DNA of 64,000 bases from an uncultured Mycoplasmatota bacterium (GCA_949288035.1 CASEIJ010000022.1:23-64022); one strand, 5' to 3'; counted from the stretch's first letter, positions 9,104 through 19,973 are shown. Notes: generated from the sequence alone by a model not told the origin. Numbers and translations are program-made.

Positions 9104-9541
9104 ATGATGGTGTATGATACAGGTTGTATTGATTTTCCAGAAAATAAGTGGGAAGCATCTTATCAAAAGAGAAAAACATCGAATCGCTTTTTTGCTTTTC
9201 TAAAAGATACGATAAAGAATTGTTATGTCGGGTATGTGAATTATCAATATAATCTAAGGAATCAAAGATATGAATGTGGTATTTTAATAGAAGGTAAATA
9301 TCGTGGTTTAGGCTATTCTAAGGAAGGTTTATATTTGCTGTGTGATGCAGCATTTAAAAATGGTATCAATGCTTTATATGATGGTTTTGAGAAAAGTAGA
9401 GTAGGAGCAAGAAAAGTATTTCAAGAAATAGGGTTTCAGGTTGTTGATACTTCTACTTGGAAGAAATTTGATGATATGGTAGAAGGGATTACAATTTGCT
9501 TAACAAAAGAACAATTTTATAAACAAAAAGAGAATTTGTGA
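9104..9541 (+). CDS. GNAT-family N-acetyltransferase (probable)
   Basis: Motif-A-like segment GILIEGKYRGLGYSKEGLYLL. Size is typical of the family. Confidence 0.5.
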   Translation: MMVYDTGCIDFPENKWEASYQKRKTSNRFFAFLKDTIKNCYVGYVNYQYNLRNQRYECGILIEGKYRGLGYSKEGLYLLCDAAFKNGINALYDGFEKSRVGARKVFQEIGFQVVDTSTWKKFDDMVEGITICLTKEQFYKQKENL

Positions 9542-9552
9542 TAATTCTCTTT

Positions 9553-10482
9553 TTATATTCCTTCTCGATAAATATTTTGATCAAAGGTATGGTGTAGTGG
9601 ATCTTTTTGTAATAATTCTGTTCCTGTAATTAAGAAGTAATGATCTAATAAGATATTTTGATGGGTATTGACAACTGGATCATCCCAAGTTAGATCAATG
9701 TGTTTCCATGCTCCGTTTACGTAGGCTAAATTCCATACATGTTCGGTATTAGATATTTTATAATTTGGTACACCTAAACGATTTAAGAATAAAGCCATGG
9801 TATCAGAATATCCACCACATAATGCGATATGATATTTTAATGTTCCATAAGCAGTATGTGTCGATTTTTTATTTTTATAATCTTCATTATTTAAGTTTTC
9901 TGCACCTACACTGTCATATACAGTATGATTAATGATATAGTCATGGGCAGCTTTTATTTTTTGTTCTAAGGTCATTTGATCATTGATGATTTCTTGATAG
10001 ATGGTATCAAGTTCTTTTTCAATGAATGTAATTTGTTCTTTTGAATACGTTTTTTCAACCTCTACATGAATTTTTCCAAAATTATTAATATCGATATATA
10101 AGTGATTAAAACTATTATACGGGTGTACAAAGTTATTAAAATTAGATAATTCTTCTGGATTTTCTGTTAATGATTTCGCATCTTTAAAACAGTTTGTATA
10201 GTTTTCATCACAGAAAAATGTAAATTCACTCCATCCATTATTTAAAATTGTATAAATAATATTTAATAAATCTTGTCTACTTGTTGGTTTAAAATCGTTT
10301 GTTTCTTTTAAATAAGATATATTTAATGATTCTTTATACTGATTGGCAGCTTTTATGACGGTATCATTTTTGTAAATGAAGTTTTCCATAAAGAAACGAG
10401 CAATGGGTTTACTATATAAAAATACGCAAATTAAAAATACAAAAGCAATGACTGTATATAAAAATCGTTTCATTTGTTTCAT
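9553..10482 (-). CDS. Membrane-anchored transglutaminase-like cysteine protease domain protein
   Basis: N-terminal TM. C/H/D triad context ALCGGYSDTMALFLN...HVWNLAYVNGAWKHIDLTWDDP. Confidence 0.65.
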   Translation of the reverse strand: MKQMKRFLYTVIAFVFLICVFLYSKPIARFFMENFIYKNDTVIKAANQYKESLNISYLKETNDFKPTSRQDLLNIIYTILNNGWSEFTFFCDENYTNCFKDAKSLTENPEELSNFNNFVHPYNSFNHLYIDINNFGKIHVEVEKTYSKEQITFIEKELDTIYQEIINDQMTLEQKIKAAHDYIINHTVYDSVGAENLNNEDYKNKKSTHTAYGTLKYHIALCGGYSDTMALFLNRLGVPNYKISNTEHVWNLAYVNGAWKHIDLTWDDPVVNTHQNILLDHYFLITGTELLQKDPLHHTFDQNIYREGI

Positions 10483-10535
10483 ATAATCACCTAGTCATAT
10501 TATATCAAAATAGAATAAAAAAAAGAAGTAATTTC

Positions 10536-10799
10536 TTACTCCATTTCATTAACCTTTTTTGTTAAACGTGATTTATTACGAGCAACATTGTTTGCTTTAA
10601 TTGCACCTTTGCTTTTTGCTTTATCGATTGCTTTGATGGCTACACCTAATTTATTTTTTGCCAATTCTTTATCATTTGCTTTTACAGCTCTTTCAACATT
10701 TTTAATTGCTGTTTTCATAGTTGCTGTATAAGTATTATTTTCCGCTTCTCTTTTAATATTTTGTTTGATTTTTTTCTTTGCATTCTTCATATTTGCCAT
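10536..10799 (-). CDS. rpsT: 30S ribosomal protein S20
   Basis: MANMKNAKKKIKQNIKRE... with GGAGGTGAAAC RBS upstream of the ATG at 10799. The ORF-track start at 10814 lacks an RBS. Confidence 0.85.
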   Translation of the reverse strand: MANMKNAKKKIKQNIKREAENNTYTATMKTAIKNVERAVKANDKELAKNKLGVAIKAIDKAKSKGAIKANNVARNKSRLTKKVNEME

Positions 10800-10904
10800 A
10801 AGTTTCACCTCCAAGTTCTCTTGAACATCATTATTTTAGCAGAAAAACAAAAGAAATGCAATAAAAAGACTTATTTTTGGCAAAAATAATCATAGGTGAT
10901 ACAA

Positions 10905-11942
10905 ATGGGACATGAAATACATTTTATGGGGAATTTACCTCGTACTGATTTAGCCATCGATTTGATAGATGAAAATCAAACATTGGATGGATTGACGAAA
11001 AAAGTAAAACAATATAACAATTGTAAAGTAACATGGGTCAATATAACAAGTGATGGAAGTAAGAAGATCTCTAAGAAGGCAGGATACTATATTACGATTG
11101 AATTTGATGATGTGACAGATCATGAAAATGAACAAGAAGTATTAAAAGTAACAGCTGAAGCCGTGAGTCATTTATTAGAAATTTTATCTATTAAAAAAGA
11201 TGCTTCTTGTTTGATTGTCGGGCTTGGAAATGAGGATTCTACCCCAGATGCTTTGGGACCACTTTCGATTGATCATGTATTAGTAACCAATCATTTATTT
11301 GAGTTGGGGGAAGTAGAAGATGGTTTTCGAAAAACATATGCTTTAAATCCAGGTGTTATGGGAACAACGGGAATTGAAACAAGGGAGTTATTAAAAGGAA
11401 TTGTCGATAATGTGAAACCAGATTTTATGATTGTTGTTGATGCTTTAGCAAGTGGAAGTGTAGAACGTTTAAATAAAACAATTCAAATTACGGATACGGG
11501 GATTCATCCTGGAAGTGGAGTACAAAATAAAAGAAAAGAAATTAGCTCGGATTTTTTTCACATTCCTGTGATAGCAATAGGAATTCCTACTGTGGTTGAT
11601 GCTGCAACAATTGTTTCAGATACGATTTATTATATGCAGAAAAATTTCTCATATATGAAAAAACAGTTAAAGAAGCCTTCTTCAAAATTAGCTGTTACCA
11701 GTGGCAATTACTTGAAAAAAGAAGTAATTGTTGAACCACAAGATAATGTAGAATTAATGGGAAAACTGGGAATGCTAACAGAAGAAGAGAGAAAACAATT
11801 AGTATTAGAAGTATTAACGCCAATTGGTTATAATTTTATGGTTACACCAAAAGAAATTGATTTTTTAATTCGTAAACTTTCTTATGTGATTGGTAGTGCG
11901 ATTAATCATGCCCTACATGAGCATGTTTCTTTTGAACAATAA
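10905..11942 (+). CDS. gpr: Spore germination protease
   Basis: RTDLAIDL..., GLGNEDSTPDALGP, VDALAS. Position beside rpsT and spoIIP matches B. subtilis. Confidence 0.85.
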   Translation: MGHEIHFMGNLPRTDLAIDLIDENQTLDGLTKKVKQYNNCKVTWVNITSDGSKKISKKAGYYITIEFDDVTDHENEQEVLKVTAEAVSHLLEILSIKKDASCLIVGLGNEDSTPDALGPLSIDHVLVTNHLFELGEVEDGFRKTYALNPGVMGTTGIETRELLKGIVDNVKPDFMIVVDALASGSVERLNKTIQITDTGIHPGSGVQNKRKEISSDFFHIPVIAIGIPTVVDAATIVSDTIYYMQKNFSYMKKQLKKPSSKLAVTSGNYLKKEVIVEPQDNVELMGKLGMLTEEERKQLVLEVLTPIGYNFMVTPKEIDFLIRKLSYVIGSAINHALHEHVSFEQ

Positions 11943-12000
11943 GTTTTTTTGACATAATTCCAATTCTTCTTATCGTAATATATTATTAGGAGGAATCGAT

Positions 12001-12978
12001 ATGTCAAAGAAATTTCACACGAAAAAAAAGAAGAAAAAGAAATATTTTTTCTTAAAAATACTTTTATTATTTGTACTTACTTATCTTTCTTTTGAATGTA
12101 CTACTTATTATATATTGAAGTCACAATTGGCTACTTCCAATGAAGAGTTTTTAAATCATATGTTACGTGATTCTAATCATTATTTACTATATCAAAAAAG
12201 TGAAGAAAATATCATTCATAAAATTGGAAAGTATTTTATGCATTTTGATTTATCAAATCCTCAAAGTTTATTGGGTATGCCTACGGAGAATGAAACGAGT
12301 AAGAAAGTAGTATCCTATCAAGAAAATACAAAGTTTATTCAAAATCCTACTCCAAAGACAGAATCAAAATCTCCACAAGTATATATTTATAATACACATC
12401 AAAGTGAAAGTTATAGTATGAAGACGTTAGAACCATATAATATTACACCAAGTGTTATGATGGCATCTTATTTGATGAAAGAGAATTTTCAAAAAACTCA
12501 GATAGAAGTAGTCGTAGAAGAAACAGATTTTACCAAATATTTAAAAGAACATAATTTAAATCATGCTGCTAGTTATCAAGTAAGTCGAGAATTTGTGAGT
12601 AAGATATTAAAACAGTATCCGGATTTAAAACTAATTATTGATTTACATCGTGATGCGATTCCTCATGATTCTTCTACTCTTACGATTGATGATAAGAATT
12701 ATGCGAAAGTATTATTTATTGTCGGTCTGAATAATCCGAATTATCAAGCTAATTTAAATCTTGCTACTACCTTATCTAATCAAATTAACGAAAGTTATCC
12801 AAAGTTATCGAGAGGAGTGATGCAAAAGTCAGGGACGACTGTCAATGGACTTTATAATCAGGATTTAAATGCAAATATGATTTTGTTGGAATTAGGGGCA
12901 AATGAGAATACGATTGATGAGGTACAAAATACAGTAGAAGCAATTATACCTATTTTTAGTAAGTATGTGAATTCATGA
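12001..12978 (+). CDS. spoIIP: Stage II sporulation protein P
   Basis: N-terminal TM. VYIYNTHQSESY and IDLHRDA motifs. Synteny with gpr. Confidence 0.8.
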   Translation: MSKKFHTKKKKKKKYFFLKILLLFVLTYLSFECTTYYILKSQLATSNEEFLNHMLRDSNHYLLYQKSEENIIHKIGKYFMHFDLSNPQSLLGMPTENETSKKVVSYQENTKFIQNPTPKTESKSPQVYIYNTHQSESYSMKTLEPYNITPSVMMASYLMKENFQKTQIEVVVEETDFTKYLKEHNLNHAASYQVSREFVSKILKQYPDLKLIIDLHRDAIPHDSSTLTIDDKNYAKVLFIVGLNNPNYQANLNLATTLSNQINESYPKLSRGVMQKSGTTVNGLYNQDLNANMILLELGANENTIDEVQNTVEAIIPIFSKYVNS

Positions 12979-13322
12979 TTAAAAAAGAAGATAAGATTAA
13001 GATATATAAACGTTGTTTTAAGTATTTTATGATTGCTTCTTTTATTACTTTTTTGACGCTTTATTTGTCTCAAGAGACTGGTTACTATGAATATGATATG
13101 AGGAGAAAGACAAGTTTTACGAAAAGTCAGATTGAACAGTTTGAGAAGGATGTAGCATCAGGAAAGAATGTGGATATTGAAGATTATTTACAGCAACCTG
13201 ATCGTAATTATGGGAATAAGATGTCTGATTTAGGCTATAGTATTTCTAGTAAGATTGGAAGTGGAGTGAAATTTGGAGTTGACAAGTTGTTTGGAATGTT
13301 GAATAAAATGGTAGATGAATAG
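12975..13322 (+). CDS. Small membrane protein in the position of B. subtilis yqxA
   Basis: 115 aa with one TM (FMIASFITFLTLYL). 4-nt overlap with the spoIIP stop. The YqxA assignment rests on position only. Confidence 0.4.
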   Translation: MIKKEDKIKIYKRCFKYFMIASFITFLTLYLSQETGYYEYDMRRKTSFTKSQIEQFEKDVASGKNVDIEDYLQQPDRNYGNKMSDLGYSISSKIGSGVKFGVDKLFGMLNKMVDE

Positions 13323-13371
13323 TTGTAAAAATTGGTAAAACATGATAAACTAAGGGCAAGTTGGTGATAAT

Positions 13372-13986
13372 ATGAGTTTAAAGGAAATTCTAGAAATTAG
13401 GGATTTAAGTTATTATCCGGATCATATTAAAAGTATTGTGAATCGAGAAGATGATTTAGATAGTGCGATTTTAATTCAGAAGAAGAGAAATGATTCTCTT
13501 TATGAATTTTATAAAAATTTTTATGATAATCCAAAAGGAGATTTGTTAGAAATAGTAGATTTAGATAAAAAATACTATGACAAAATAAAAAAATTACGTC
13601 CTGATGATAAACCATTGAAATACGAAAAAGTGTATCAAAATATGTTTGGTTGTTCTTATATGGATGGTCTTTATATGATTGTTCAAGATTTTAAGAAGCC
13701 AGATTTAAATATTGTATTACCAAGGGAAGATACGGATATGTTATCAGATGAAGAAAAGAAAAGATATTATGCGGCACTGATTTTAGAAAATGAACATTTT
13801 AGAGAGCGTGTTGAAGCAATTAATGGTACTACTTTATCTTTCTTGTTAGGAGATTATATTACACTAAGTGATGTCGATTACAAAAGAGTTTTAGCATCTT
13901 TGAAAAAGCATAAGATTCGCGAAGGGATTTTAGAAAATATTGAGACACAGTTAAAGGAATTTTTTAAAGGGGAAAGTGAGTTATAA
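13372..13986 (+). CDS. Hypothetical protein
   Basis: RBS GGTGAT. No recognisable motif. Stop overlaps the next start (TAATG). Confidence 0.5.
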   Translation: MSLKEILEIRDLSYYPDHIKSIVNREDDLDSAILIQKKRNDSLYEFYKNFYDNPKGDLLEIVDLDKKYYDKIKKLRPDDKPLKYEKVYQNMFGCSYMDGLYMIVQDFKKPDLNIVLPREDTDMLSDEEKKRYYAALILENEHFRERVEAINGTTLSFLLGDYITLSDVDYKRVLASLKKHKIREGILENIETQLKEFFKGESEL

Positions 13987-14522
13987 TGATTGAAGAAAAA
14001 AGTGTTTTATCTGCAACATTGGAAAAGTTAAATCCGGATTTATTTCTTAATCCGGTATTTCAAAATTATTATTTAAAATTATTTTATGATGTCGATTTTT
14101 CTGATGGAATGCGTGGTTTTCATACAGAAAATAGTCATACGTTTTGTGGAAATCAAAAACAAGCTAAGATTGTATATCAGTCAGATGGAACTTTTATGAT
14201 GCGTTATATAGATTATGCGAAAAAGATGAGTCGTTCATTGGAAATTGCGAAAGGAGAACAGGAATCTGTTTTGTTTACAACGAGATATGTATATCTTGTT
14301 GATGGTGTTTTTTATCACATGACAGAAAGACAAGTTTTAAAAGATAATCAGGTATATCCAATTCAATATCAATATGTAGGCTTTGATGAAAAAGCAATTG
14401 ATGAAAAGGAATATCACCAAGATTGGGTATATCAAGCTGATTTTGTTGATAAAATGAAACAAAATGGAATTGCTCCAATTGATGAACACAGAAAAGACGA
14501 AAATAGACAGAAAAACAAATAA
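13986..14522 (+). CDS. Hypothetical protein, translationally coupled to the preceding ORF
   Basis: TAATG overlap at 13984-13988. No recognisable motif. Confidence 0.5.
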   Translation: MIEEKSVLSATLEKLNPDLFLNPVFQNYYLKLFYDVDFSDGMRGFHTENSHTFCGNQKQAKIVYQSDGTFMMRYIDYAKKMSRSLEIAKGEQESVLFTTRYVYLVDGVFYHMTERQVLKDNQVYPIQYQYVGFDEKAIDEKEYHQDWVYQADFVDKMKQNGIAPIDEHRKDENRQKNK

Positions 14523-14604
14523 AGGATTAAGAGAGTCAAGTGATTCTCTTTTTACTTGCTGTTATTTTGTAAAAAACATGGTATAATAACGAGAGGTGAT
14601 AGCT

Positions 14605-16410
14605 ATGAAACAACAAAATATTCGTAATTTTTCAATTATTGCACATATCGATCATGGAAAAAGTACGATTGCAGATCGTATTTTGGAATTAACGGGTGCA
14701 ATTACAAAGAGAGAAGCAAAAGATCAATTATTAGATAATATGGATATTGAGCGTGAAAGAGGAATTACAATTAAATTAAATGCGGTTGAATTAGAGTATG
14801 AAATGGATGGAGAAATGTATCAACTTCATTTGATTGATACACCAGGTCATGTTGATTTTTCGTATGAAGTAAGCCGTAGTTTAGCTGCTTGTGAAGGAGC
14901 TATATTGGTAGTTGATGCAGCGCAAGGAATAGAAGCACAAACCCTTGCGAATTTATATCTTGCTTTGGATAATAATTTGACAATTATTCCAGTGATTAAT
15001 AAAATTGATTTACCAAATGCGAATCCGGATAAAGTAAAACAAGAATTAATGGATACGTTAGGGTTTGAAGAGGATGAAATTATTTTAACGAGTGCGAAGA
15101 ATGGAATTGGTATTAAAGAATTGGTAGAACAAGTAATTAAAAAAGTACCAGCTCCAACTGGGGATGAGAAAAAACCGTTAAAGGCTTTAATTTTTGATAG
15201 TTATTATGATGCTTATTTAGGGGTTGTTGCATTGATTCGGATTGTAGATGGATCTGTTCATGTGGGAGATGAAATTTACATGAAACAGGCAAATCGTAGC
15301 TATTCTGTAGTAGAGTTGGGTGTTTCAACGCCGCATAAGAAAAATTTAAAAGAGTTGACAGTAGGAGAAGTTGGTTTTTTAACTGCTAGTATTAAAGACA
15401 TTCAAGATATTAAAGTAGGGGATACCATTACTTTAAAAAATAATCCTTGTGAAGGAGAAGTAATTGGTTATAAACCGATGAAACCAATGGTTTTTTGTGG
15501 CTTATATCCAATCGAGTCTAATAAATATGATAGTTTAAGAGAGGCTTTGGAAAAATTAAAACTAAATGATGCATCTTTAGAGTTTACTCCTGAGACAAGT
15601 AAAGCGTTAGGATTTGGATTTCGTTGTGGCTTTTTAGGTCTTCTTCATATGGATATTATTGAAGAGAGAATAGAACGTGAGTTTAAGATTGATTTGATTG
15701 CGACAAGTCCTTCTGTTATTTATGATGTAGAATTAACAGATCATACGCATATGATGGTAGATAGTCCTTCTAAAATGCCAGATCGTGTTCGTATCAAAGA
15801 TGTAAAAGAGCCATATATTCGTACTAATATCTTTGTACCAAGTGAATATATTGGTCCGGTGATGGAATTATGTCAAAATAAGCGTGGGAATTATGTATCT
15901 ATGGAATATTTAGATGCTACTAGAGTAAATATTCATTATGAGATTCCACTTTCAGAAATTGTTTATGATTTCTTTGATCGCTTAAAGTCTAGTACGAAGG
16001 GATATGCTTCGTTTGATTATGAATTAATTGGTTATAAGAGTAGTGATTTAGTAAAGATGGATATTTTATTAAATGGTGAAATGGTAGATGCACTTAGTAT
16101 GATTGTCCATCGTGATTTTGCATATAAACGTGGAAAAGCAATTGTCGAAAATTTAAGAAAATTAATTCCAAGACAACAGTTTGAGGTTCCAATTCAAGCT
16201 GTGATTGGATCTAAGGCGATTGCTCGTAGTAACATTAAAGCAGTTCGTAAAAATGTACTGGCGAAATGTTATGGTGGAGATGTGAGTCGTAAACGTAAGT
16301 TATTAGAAAAACAAAAAGAGGGAAAGAAACGTATGAAAATGGTTGGAAGTGTTGAAGTTCCTCAAGAAGCATTCTTATCTATTTTAAGTATGGATGAGCA
16401 AGATTCTTAA
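14605..16410 (+). CDS. lepA: Translation elongation factor 4 (LepA)
   Basis: [33 protein letters not shown] and the C-terminal LepA-specific region. ATG at 14605 follows GAGGTGAT. Confidence 0.95.
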   Translation: MKQQNIRNFSIIAHIDHGKSTIADRILELTGAITKREAKDQLLDNMDIERERGITIKLNAVELEYEMDGEMYQLHLIDTPGHVDFSYEVSRSLAACEGAILVVDAAQGIEAQTLANLYLALDNNLTIIPVINKIDLPNANPDKVKQELMDTLGFEEDEIILTSAKNGIGIKELVEQVIKKVPAPTGDEKKPLKALIFDSYYDAYLGVVALIRIVDGSVHVGDEIYMKQANRSYSVVELGVSTPHKKNLKELTVGEVGFLTASIKDIQDIKVGDTITLKNNPCEGEVIGYKPMKPMVFCGLYPIESNKYDSLREALEKLKLNDASLEFTPETSKALGFGFRCGFLGLLHMDIIEERIEREFKIDLIATSPSVIYDVELTDHTHMMVDSPSKMPDRVRIKDVKEPYIRTNIFVPSEYIGPVMELCQNKRGNYVSMEYLDATRVNIHYEIPLSEIVYDFFDRLKSSTKGYASFDYELIGYKSSDLVKMDILLNGEMVDALSMIVHRDFAYKRGKAIVENLRKLIPRQQFEVPIQAVIGSKAIARSNIKAVRKNVLAKCYGGDVSRKRKLLEKQKEGKKRMKMVGSVEVPQEAFLSILSMDEQDS

Positions 16411-16629
16411 AATTATATTCTAGTTTTGTCGAATTACAACATATCTAAAAGAAAACGTGATAGGATTTTTTTAGAGGTGATGTATTTGATGGTGGATCAA
16501 GAAGTAATTATGATTTATTATGATGATTTATTAGAGACATTAGAAGATGTGAAAAGAGCTACTTATTTTTTAGAAGATAGGTAGTTTTTTTCTTCTTTTT
16601 TTGTTATGATGAAAGAAAGGAGGAGTAGA

Positions 16630-17451
16630 ATGAAAAACAACATGATTGTGACAAAAGACTTAAGTATTTCATTTGGACGTAAAAAAGTATTAAATGGAAT
16701 TACATTTGATGTGAAGGAACATGAAATATTTGGCTTTTTAGGACCAAGTGGGGCTGGTAAAACAACGACGATTAAGATTTTAACAGAACAATTGAAGATT
16801 ACTTCTGGAAGTTGTGAAGTAAATACGAAAAGAAATGAAATTGGAATATTAAGTGATAATAGTGGCGTTTATGAAAGATTATCTGTTTATCGTAATCTAT
16901 GTTTTTTTGCAGAGCTGTCTCAAACAGATAAGAAGTATGTAGAAGAAGTATTAAAAGAAGTAAAACTATGGGATGATAAAGATAAAAAAGTAGAAAATTT
17001 ATCGAAAGGTATGAAACAGCGTCTTTTACTTGCTTGTGCGATAATTCATCATCCAAAATTATTATTTTTAGATGAACCGACAGCAGCTTTAGATCCTGCT
17101 ACAACGGAAGAAATTCATAAGTTATTATTAAAATTAAGAGAAGAGGGAACAACAATCTTTTTGACGACACATAATATGGAAGAAGCTGATTTATTATGTG
17201 ATCGAATTGCTTTCTTAAATAAAGGAGAAATCGTGGAGTTAGGGACACCACGTGAATTAAAATTAAAGTATGCACAAGATTCTGTGTCTATTATTTATGA
17301 AGATGAAAAAGAGATTATTGTAAAGAAAGATACAGATGCGATTGTGAAAGCATTACAAAAAAATAATAAGAAAAAGATACAATCCATTCATTCCCAAGAA
17401 CCTAATTTGGCAGAAATCTTTTTAAGTTTAACAGGGAGGGAATTAAAATGA
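16630..17451 (+). CDS. ABC transporter ATP-binding protein (ABC-2 exporter type)
   Basis: Walker A GPSGAGKTT, signature LSKGMKQRL, Walker B LLFLDEPT. ATG at 16630 follows AGGAGG. Confidence 0.85.
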   Translation: MKNNMIVTKDLSISFGRKKVLNGITFDVKEHEIFGFLGPSGAGKTTTIKILTEQLKITSGSCEVNTKRNEIGILSDNSGVYERLSVYRNLCFFAELSQTDKKYVEEVLKEVKLWDDKDKKVENLSKGMKQRLLLACAIIHHPKLLFLDEPTAALDPATTEEIHKLLLKLREEGTTIFLTTHNMEEADLLCDRIAFLNKGEIVELGTPRELKLKYAQDSVSIIYEDEKEIIVKKDTDAIVKALQKNNKKKIQSIHSQEPNLAEIFLSLTGRELK

Positions 17452-18155
17452 GATTTTATAAAATAAAAGCATTATTTAAACTAGGATTAGAAGATTTATT
17501 AAAAAATTTTAATGTCTTTATTTATGTGATTTTGCCAATTGCTTTTGCTTTTTTATATGCGAATATGGGAAATACACCGAAGGAGTATTTATTTTCTATT
17601 TGTACTTTACTTACTTTATCAATGGTGCCAGTTGCATTAATGGGGACGATTATTGCGGAAGAAAAAGAAAAGAATACACTTCGTACTTTGATGTTAAATG
17701 ACGTGAAAGCAAGTGAGATATTGTTTGCGAAAGCAATGATTTGTATGTTATTTGTCGTGGTTGATAATTTATTGATTTATTTTATTTTAAAATTACCAAT
17801 GGATCATTTTATTTTATATCAACTTGTTAGTTTTATAGCAGGATTAGCTGTTATATTATTTGGAGCCTTTGTAGGGTTACTTGCGAAGAATCAAATGTCA
17901 GCAGGGCTTTTATCGATGCCATTTATGATTCTTTTTATGGCACCAATGTTTATTATGATGTTTAAAGATAAATTAGCTGAGGCAATTTCTAGTTTACTGC
18001 CAACGGATGCGATGATGGAAATATTTTCATGTATTACAAAAAATACATTGACAATTACCAAAGTAGGTTTTCCTTGTGTTGTGATTATTGCATGGTTGGT
18101 AATTAGTATCATATTATTTCAATTTGCGTATAAAAAAGTAGGTGTTGATAATTAG
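17448..18155 (+). CDS. ABC-2 type transporter permease
   Basis: 6 predicted TM helices. 4-nt overlap with the ATPase gene. Confidence 0.7.
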   Translation: MRFYKIKALFKLGLEDLLKNFNVFIYVILPIAFAFLYANMGNTPKEYLFSICTLLTLSMVPVALMGTIIAEEKEKNTLRTLMLNDVKASEILFAKAMICMLFVVVDNLLIYFILKLPMDHFILYQLVSFIAGLAVILFGAFVGLLAKNQMSAGLLSMPFMILFMAPMFIMMFKDKLAEAISSLLPTDAMMEIFSCITKNTLTITKVGFPCVVIIAWLVISIILFQFAYKKVGVDN

Positions 18156-18183
18156 ACAATTCTTTGGAATTGTCTTTCTTTAT
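18155..18183 (+). terminator. Intrinsic terminator (weak T-run)
   Basis: agacaattc-tttg-gaattgtct followed by TTCTTTAT. Confidence 0.45.
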
Positions 18184-18206
18184 GTTATAATGAATTTGGT
18201 GATAGT

Positions 18207-18683
18207 ATGATTACGGCAATTGAATTAAAAGATGGAATGGGTAGTTTAGAGTATGGGACAGATCCATTTGAAAAGCCTTGTATTTATTATGTAGATGATC
18301 GTTTAGAAAAACATATGACAAAGTTAGAAGATCAGTTACTAATTTTAAAAGAGTTATCAGAAGTATATGATGCGAATGATATATATGATGACTTTTTGAA
18401 GATTGTAGAACATGTAAAAAAGAAAATACGTAAAGATGATGTTTTAATGATTGAAAAGATGGGGGAAAAATACGGAACGAAAGTTGTGATTACCTTTTTG
18501 ATCTTATATATGCAGATGCTATTAGATGAAAAGTATTATCATCTTGGAAAAGAAAGAACTTGTTTAAGACTATACTATCTCTTTTTTGAAGATTATAGTA
18601 TTAGTATGTGTATTCATATGTTAGATGGTATGGATGAAAAAGAAATAAAAAAAATATGTAAGGAAAAGGATATTTTGGCTTAG
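18207..18683 (+). CDS. Hypothetical protein
   Basis: TATAAT and GGTGAT upstream. No recognisable motif. Confidence 0.5.
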   Translation: MITAIELKDGMGSLEYGTDPFEKPCIYYVDDRLEKHMTKLEDQLLILKELSEVYDANDIYDDFLKIVEHVKKKIRKDDVLMIEKMGEKYGTKVVITFLILYMQMLLDEKYYHLGKERTCLRLYYLFFEDYSISMCIHMLDGMDEKEIKKICKEKDILA

Positions 18684-18770
18684 TGTGAAGTTTGTGTCAA
18701 GTCCTTGATTTCATTGACAAAATATGACATTACTGATAAAATGTAGATGTCGAATAAAGAGGTGGAAAAT

Positions 18771-19097
18771 ATGAACGATAGAATTTTATTAACAACAAAA
18801 GATATTTTAGAAAAAGACTTCAAAATTGATACACGTGGATATCGTCCTCAAGAAGTAGACAAGTTTTTGGATATTATTATTCACGATTATGAAGAATATG
18901 AAGCTGTGATTTCTGATATGAAGAAAACACAAAAAGAAATTATGGAAGAAAATGCACGATTGAAACAAGAAAATAGAAGTCTTCATACGAAGTTAGATGT
19001 GTTAAGTGAAACAGGTGGCGAAAGTACGAATGTATCAAATGCCGATGTTTTAAGAAGATTATCTAACTTAGAAAAAATTATTTACGGAAAAGAATAA
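18771..19097 (+). CDS. gpsB: Cell-cycle protein GpsB (DivIVA-domain)
   Basis: TTKDILEKDFKIDTRGYRPQEVDKFLD, then a coiled coil. Lies directly upstream of rnpB, as in B. subtilis. ATG at 18771 follows GAGGTGG. Confidence 0.75.
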   Translation: MNDRILLTTKDILEKDFKIDTRGYRPQEVDKFLDIIIHDYEEYEAVISDMKKTQKEIMEENARLKQENRSLHTKLDVLSETGGESTNVSNADVLRRLSNLEKIIYGKE

Positions 19098-19450
19098 TAT
19101 TTTGACAAACGCTATATTCTTGTAATATAGAGGAAAGTCCATGCTCGCACAGTCTGTGATGGCTGTAGTGTTTGTGTGTAGGGAAAAAATAACCTACAGG
19201 AGAGAAATCTCACGGCTCTTTAAAAATCTAAGTACATTTGTATATGATTTGAAGAAGTATAAAAGTGCCAAAGTGACGATGCCTTTTTGAAATAAAAGGA
19301 GTGGAACGTGGTAAACCCCACAAGCGAGAAACCCAAATTTTGGTAGGGGAGCTTGAGTTAGAAAGAAACGAATTTCGCTCGGGATCAAGTAATTGATAGA
19401 TAAATGTTTGTCGCCTAGAAATAGGAACAGAACATGGCTTATAAAATATT
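19096..19450 (+). ncRNA. rnpB: RNase P RNA (type B, Firmicute-like); ends uncertain by about 15 nt
   Basis: GAGGAAAGTCCATGCTCGCAC at 19129-19149, GGTAAACCCC..GCGAGAAACCCAAATTTTGGTAGGGG, ACAGAACATGGCTTA near the 3' end. Candidate P1 pairing aatatttt (19096-19103) with aaaatatt (19443-19450). Confidence 0.8.
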
Positions 19451-19481
19451 ATTTTTTTTATGTTTCATTGGAGTGATATAC

Positions 19482-19973
19482 GTGAAAGAAATCGGAGAAA
19501 GATTAAAAGAAACAAGAGAAAGTATTGGAATTTCGATTGAAGAAGCAGCAGAAGATTTAAAGATGCGTCCAACTCAAATTGAGAATATTGAATCAGGAAA
19601 TATGAAAGCATTTAAAGATGTCTTTTATTTAAAATATTTCATTCGAGATTATTCTAAATATTTAGGATTGGATTATGAAGATATGGTTGATGAATTTAAT
19701 GAATATCTATTTGACTATACTTCAAAAATATCGATGGATGATATAAAAAAGGCGAAGAAACATGCGAAGAAGGAAAAAGATAAGAAAAAGATATCTTCTC
19801 CTTATACTTTAGAAAGAAAACGTAGTTTTGCAATTCCACCGATCGTGATATATATATTCATTTTATTCATTATTTTAATGGTTGTTTATTATGTTTTTTC
19901 AAATATTCATCATGATGATTTTGTAGAAGAAAATGTTGTTTATGTAGTGAGTGAGGAGGCTACTTTATTATGA
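19482..19973 (+). CDS. rodZ: RodZ-like membrane protein with XRE-type HTH
   Basis: GTG start after GGAGTGA. IGERLKETRESIGISIEEAAEDLKMR HTH, basic linker, one TM. Lies upstream of pgsA, like ymfM/rodZ. The ORF-track ATG at 19434 lies inside rnpB. Confidence 0.55.
   Translation: MKEIGERLKETRESIGISIEEAAEDLKMRPTQIENIESGNMKAFKDVFYLKYFIRDYSKYLGLDYEDMVDEFNEYLFDYTSKISMDDIKKAKKHAKKEKDKKKISSPYTLERKRSFAIPPIVIYIFILFIILMVVYYVFSNIHHDDFVEENVVYVVSEEATLL

Noticed and set aside
19194-19481. ORF 19194-19388 (-) and the ATG at 19434 given as the start of the rodZ-like ORF
   Set aside because: Both lie inside the RNase P RNA, whose conserved elements span them. The rodZ-like CDS more plausibly starts at GTG 19482, which has a GGAGTGA RBS.
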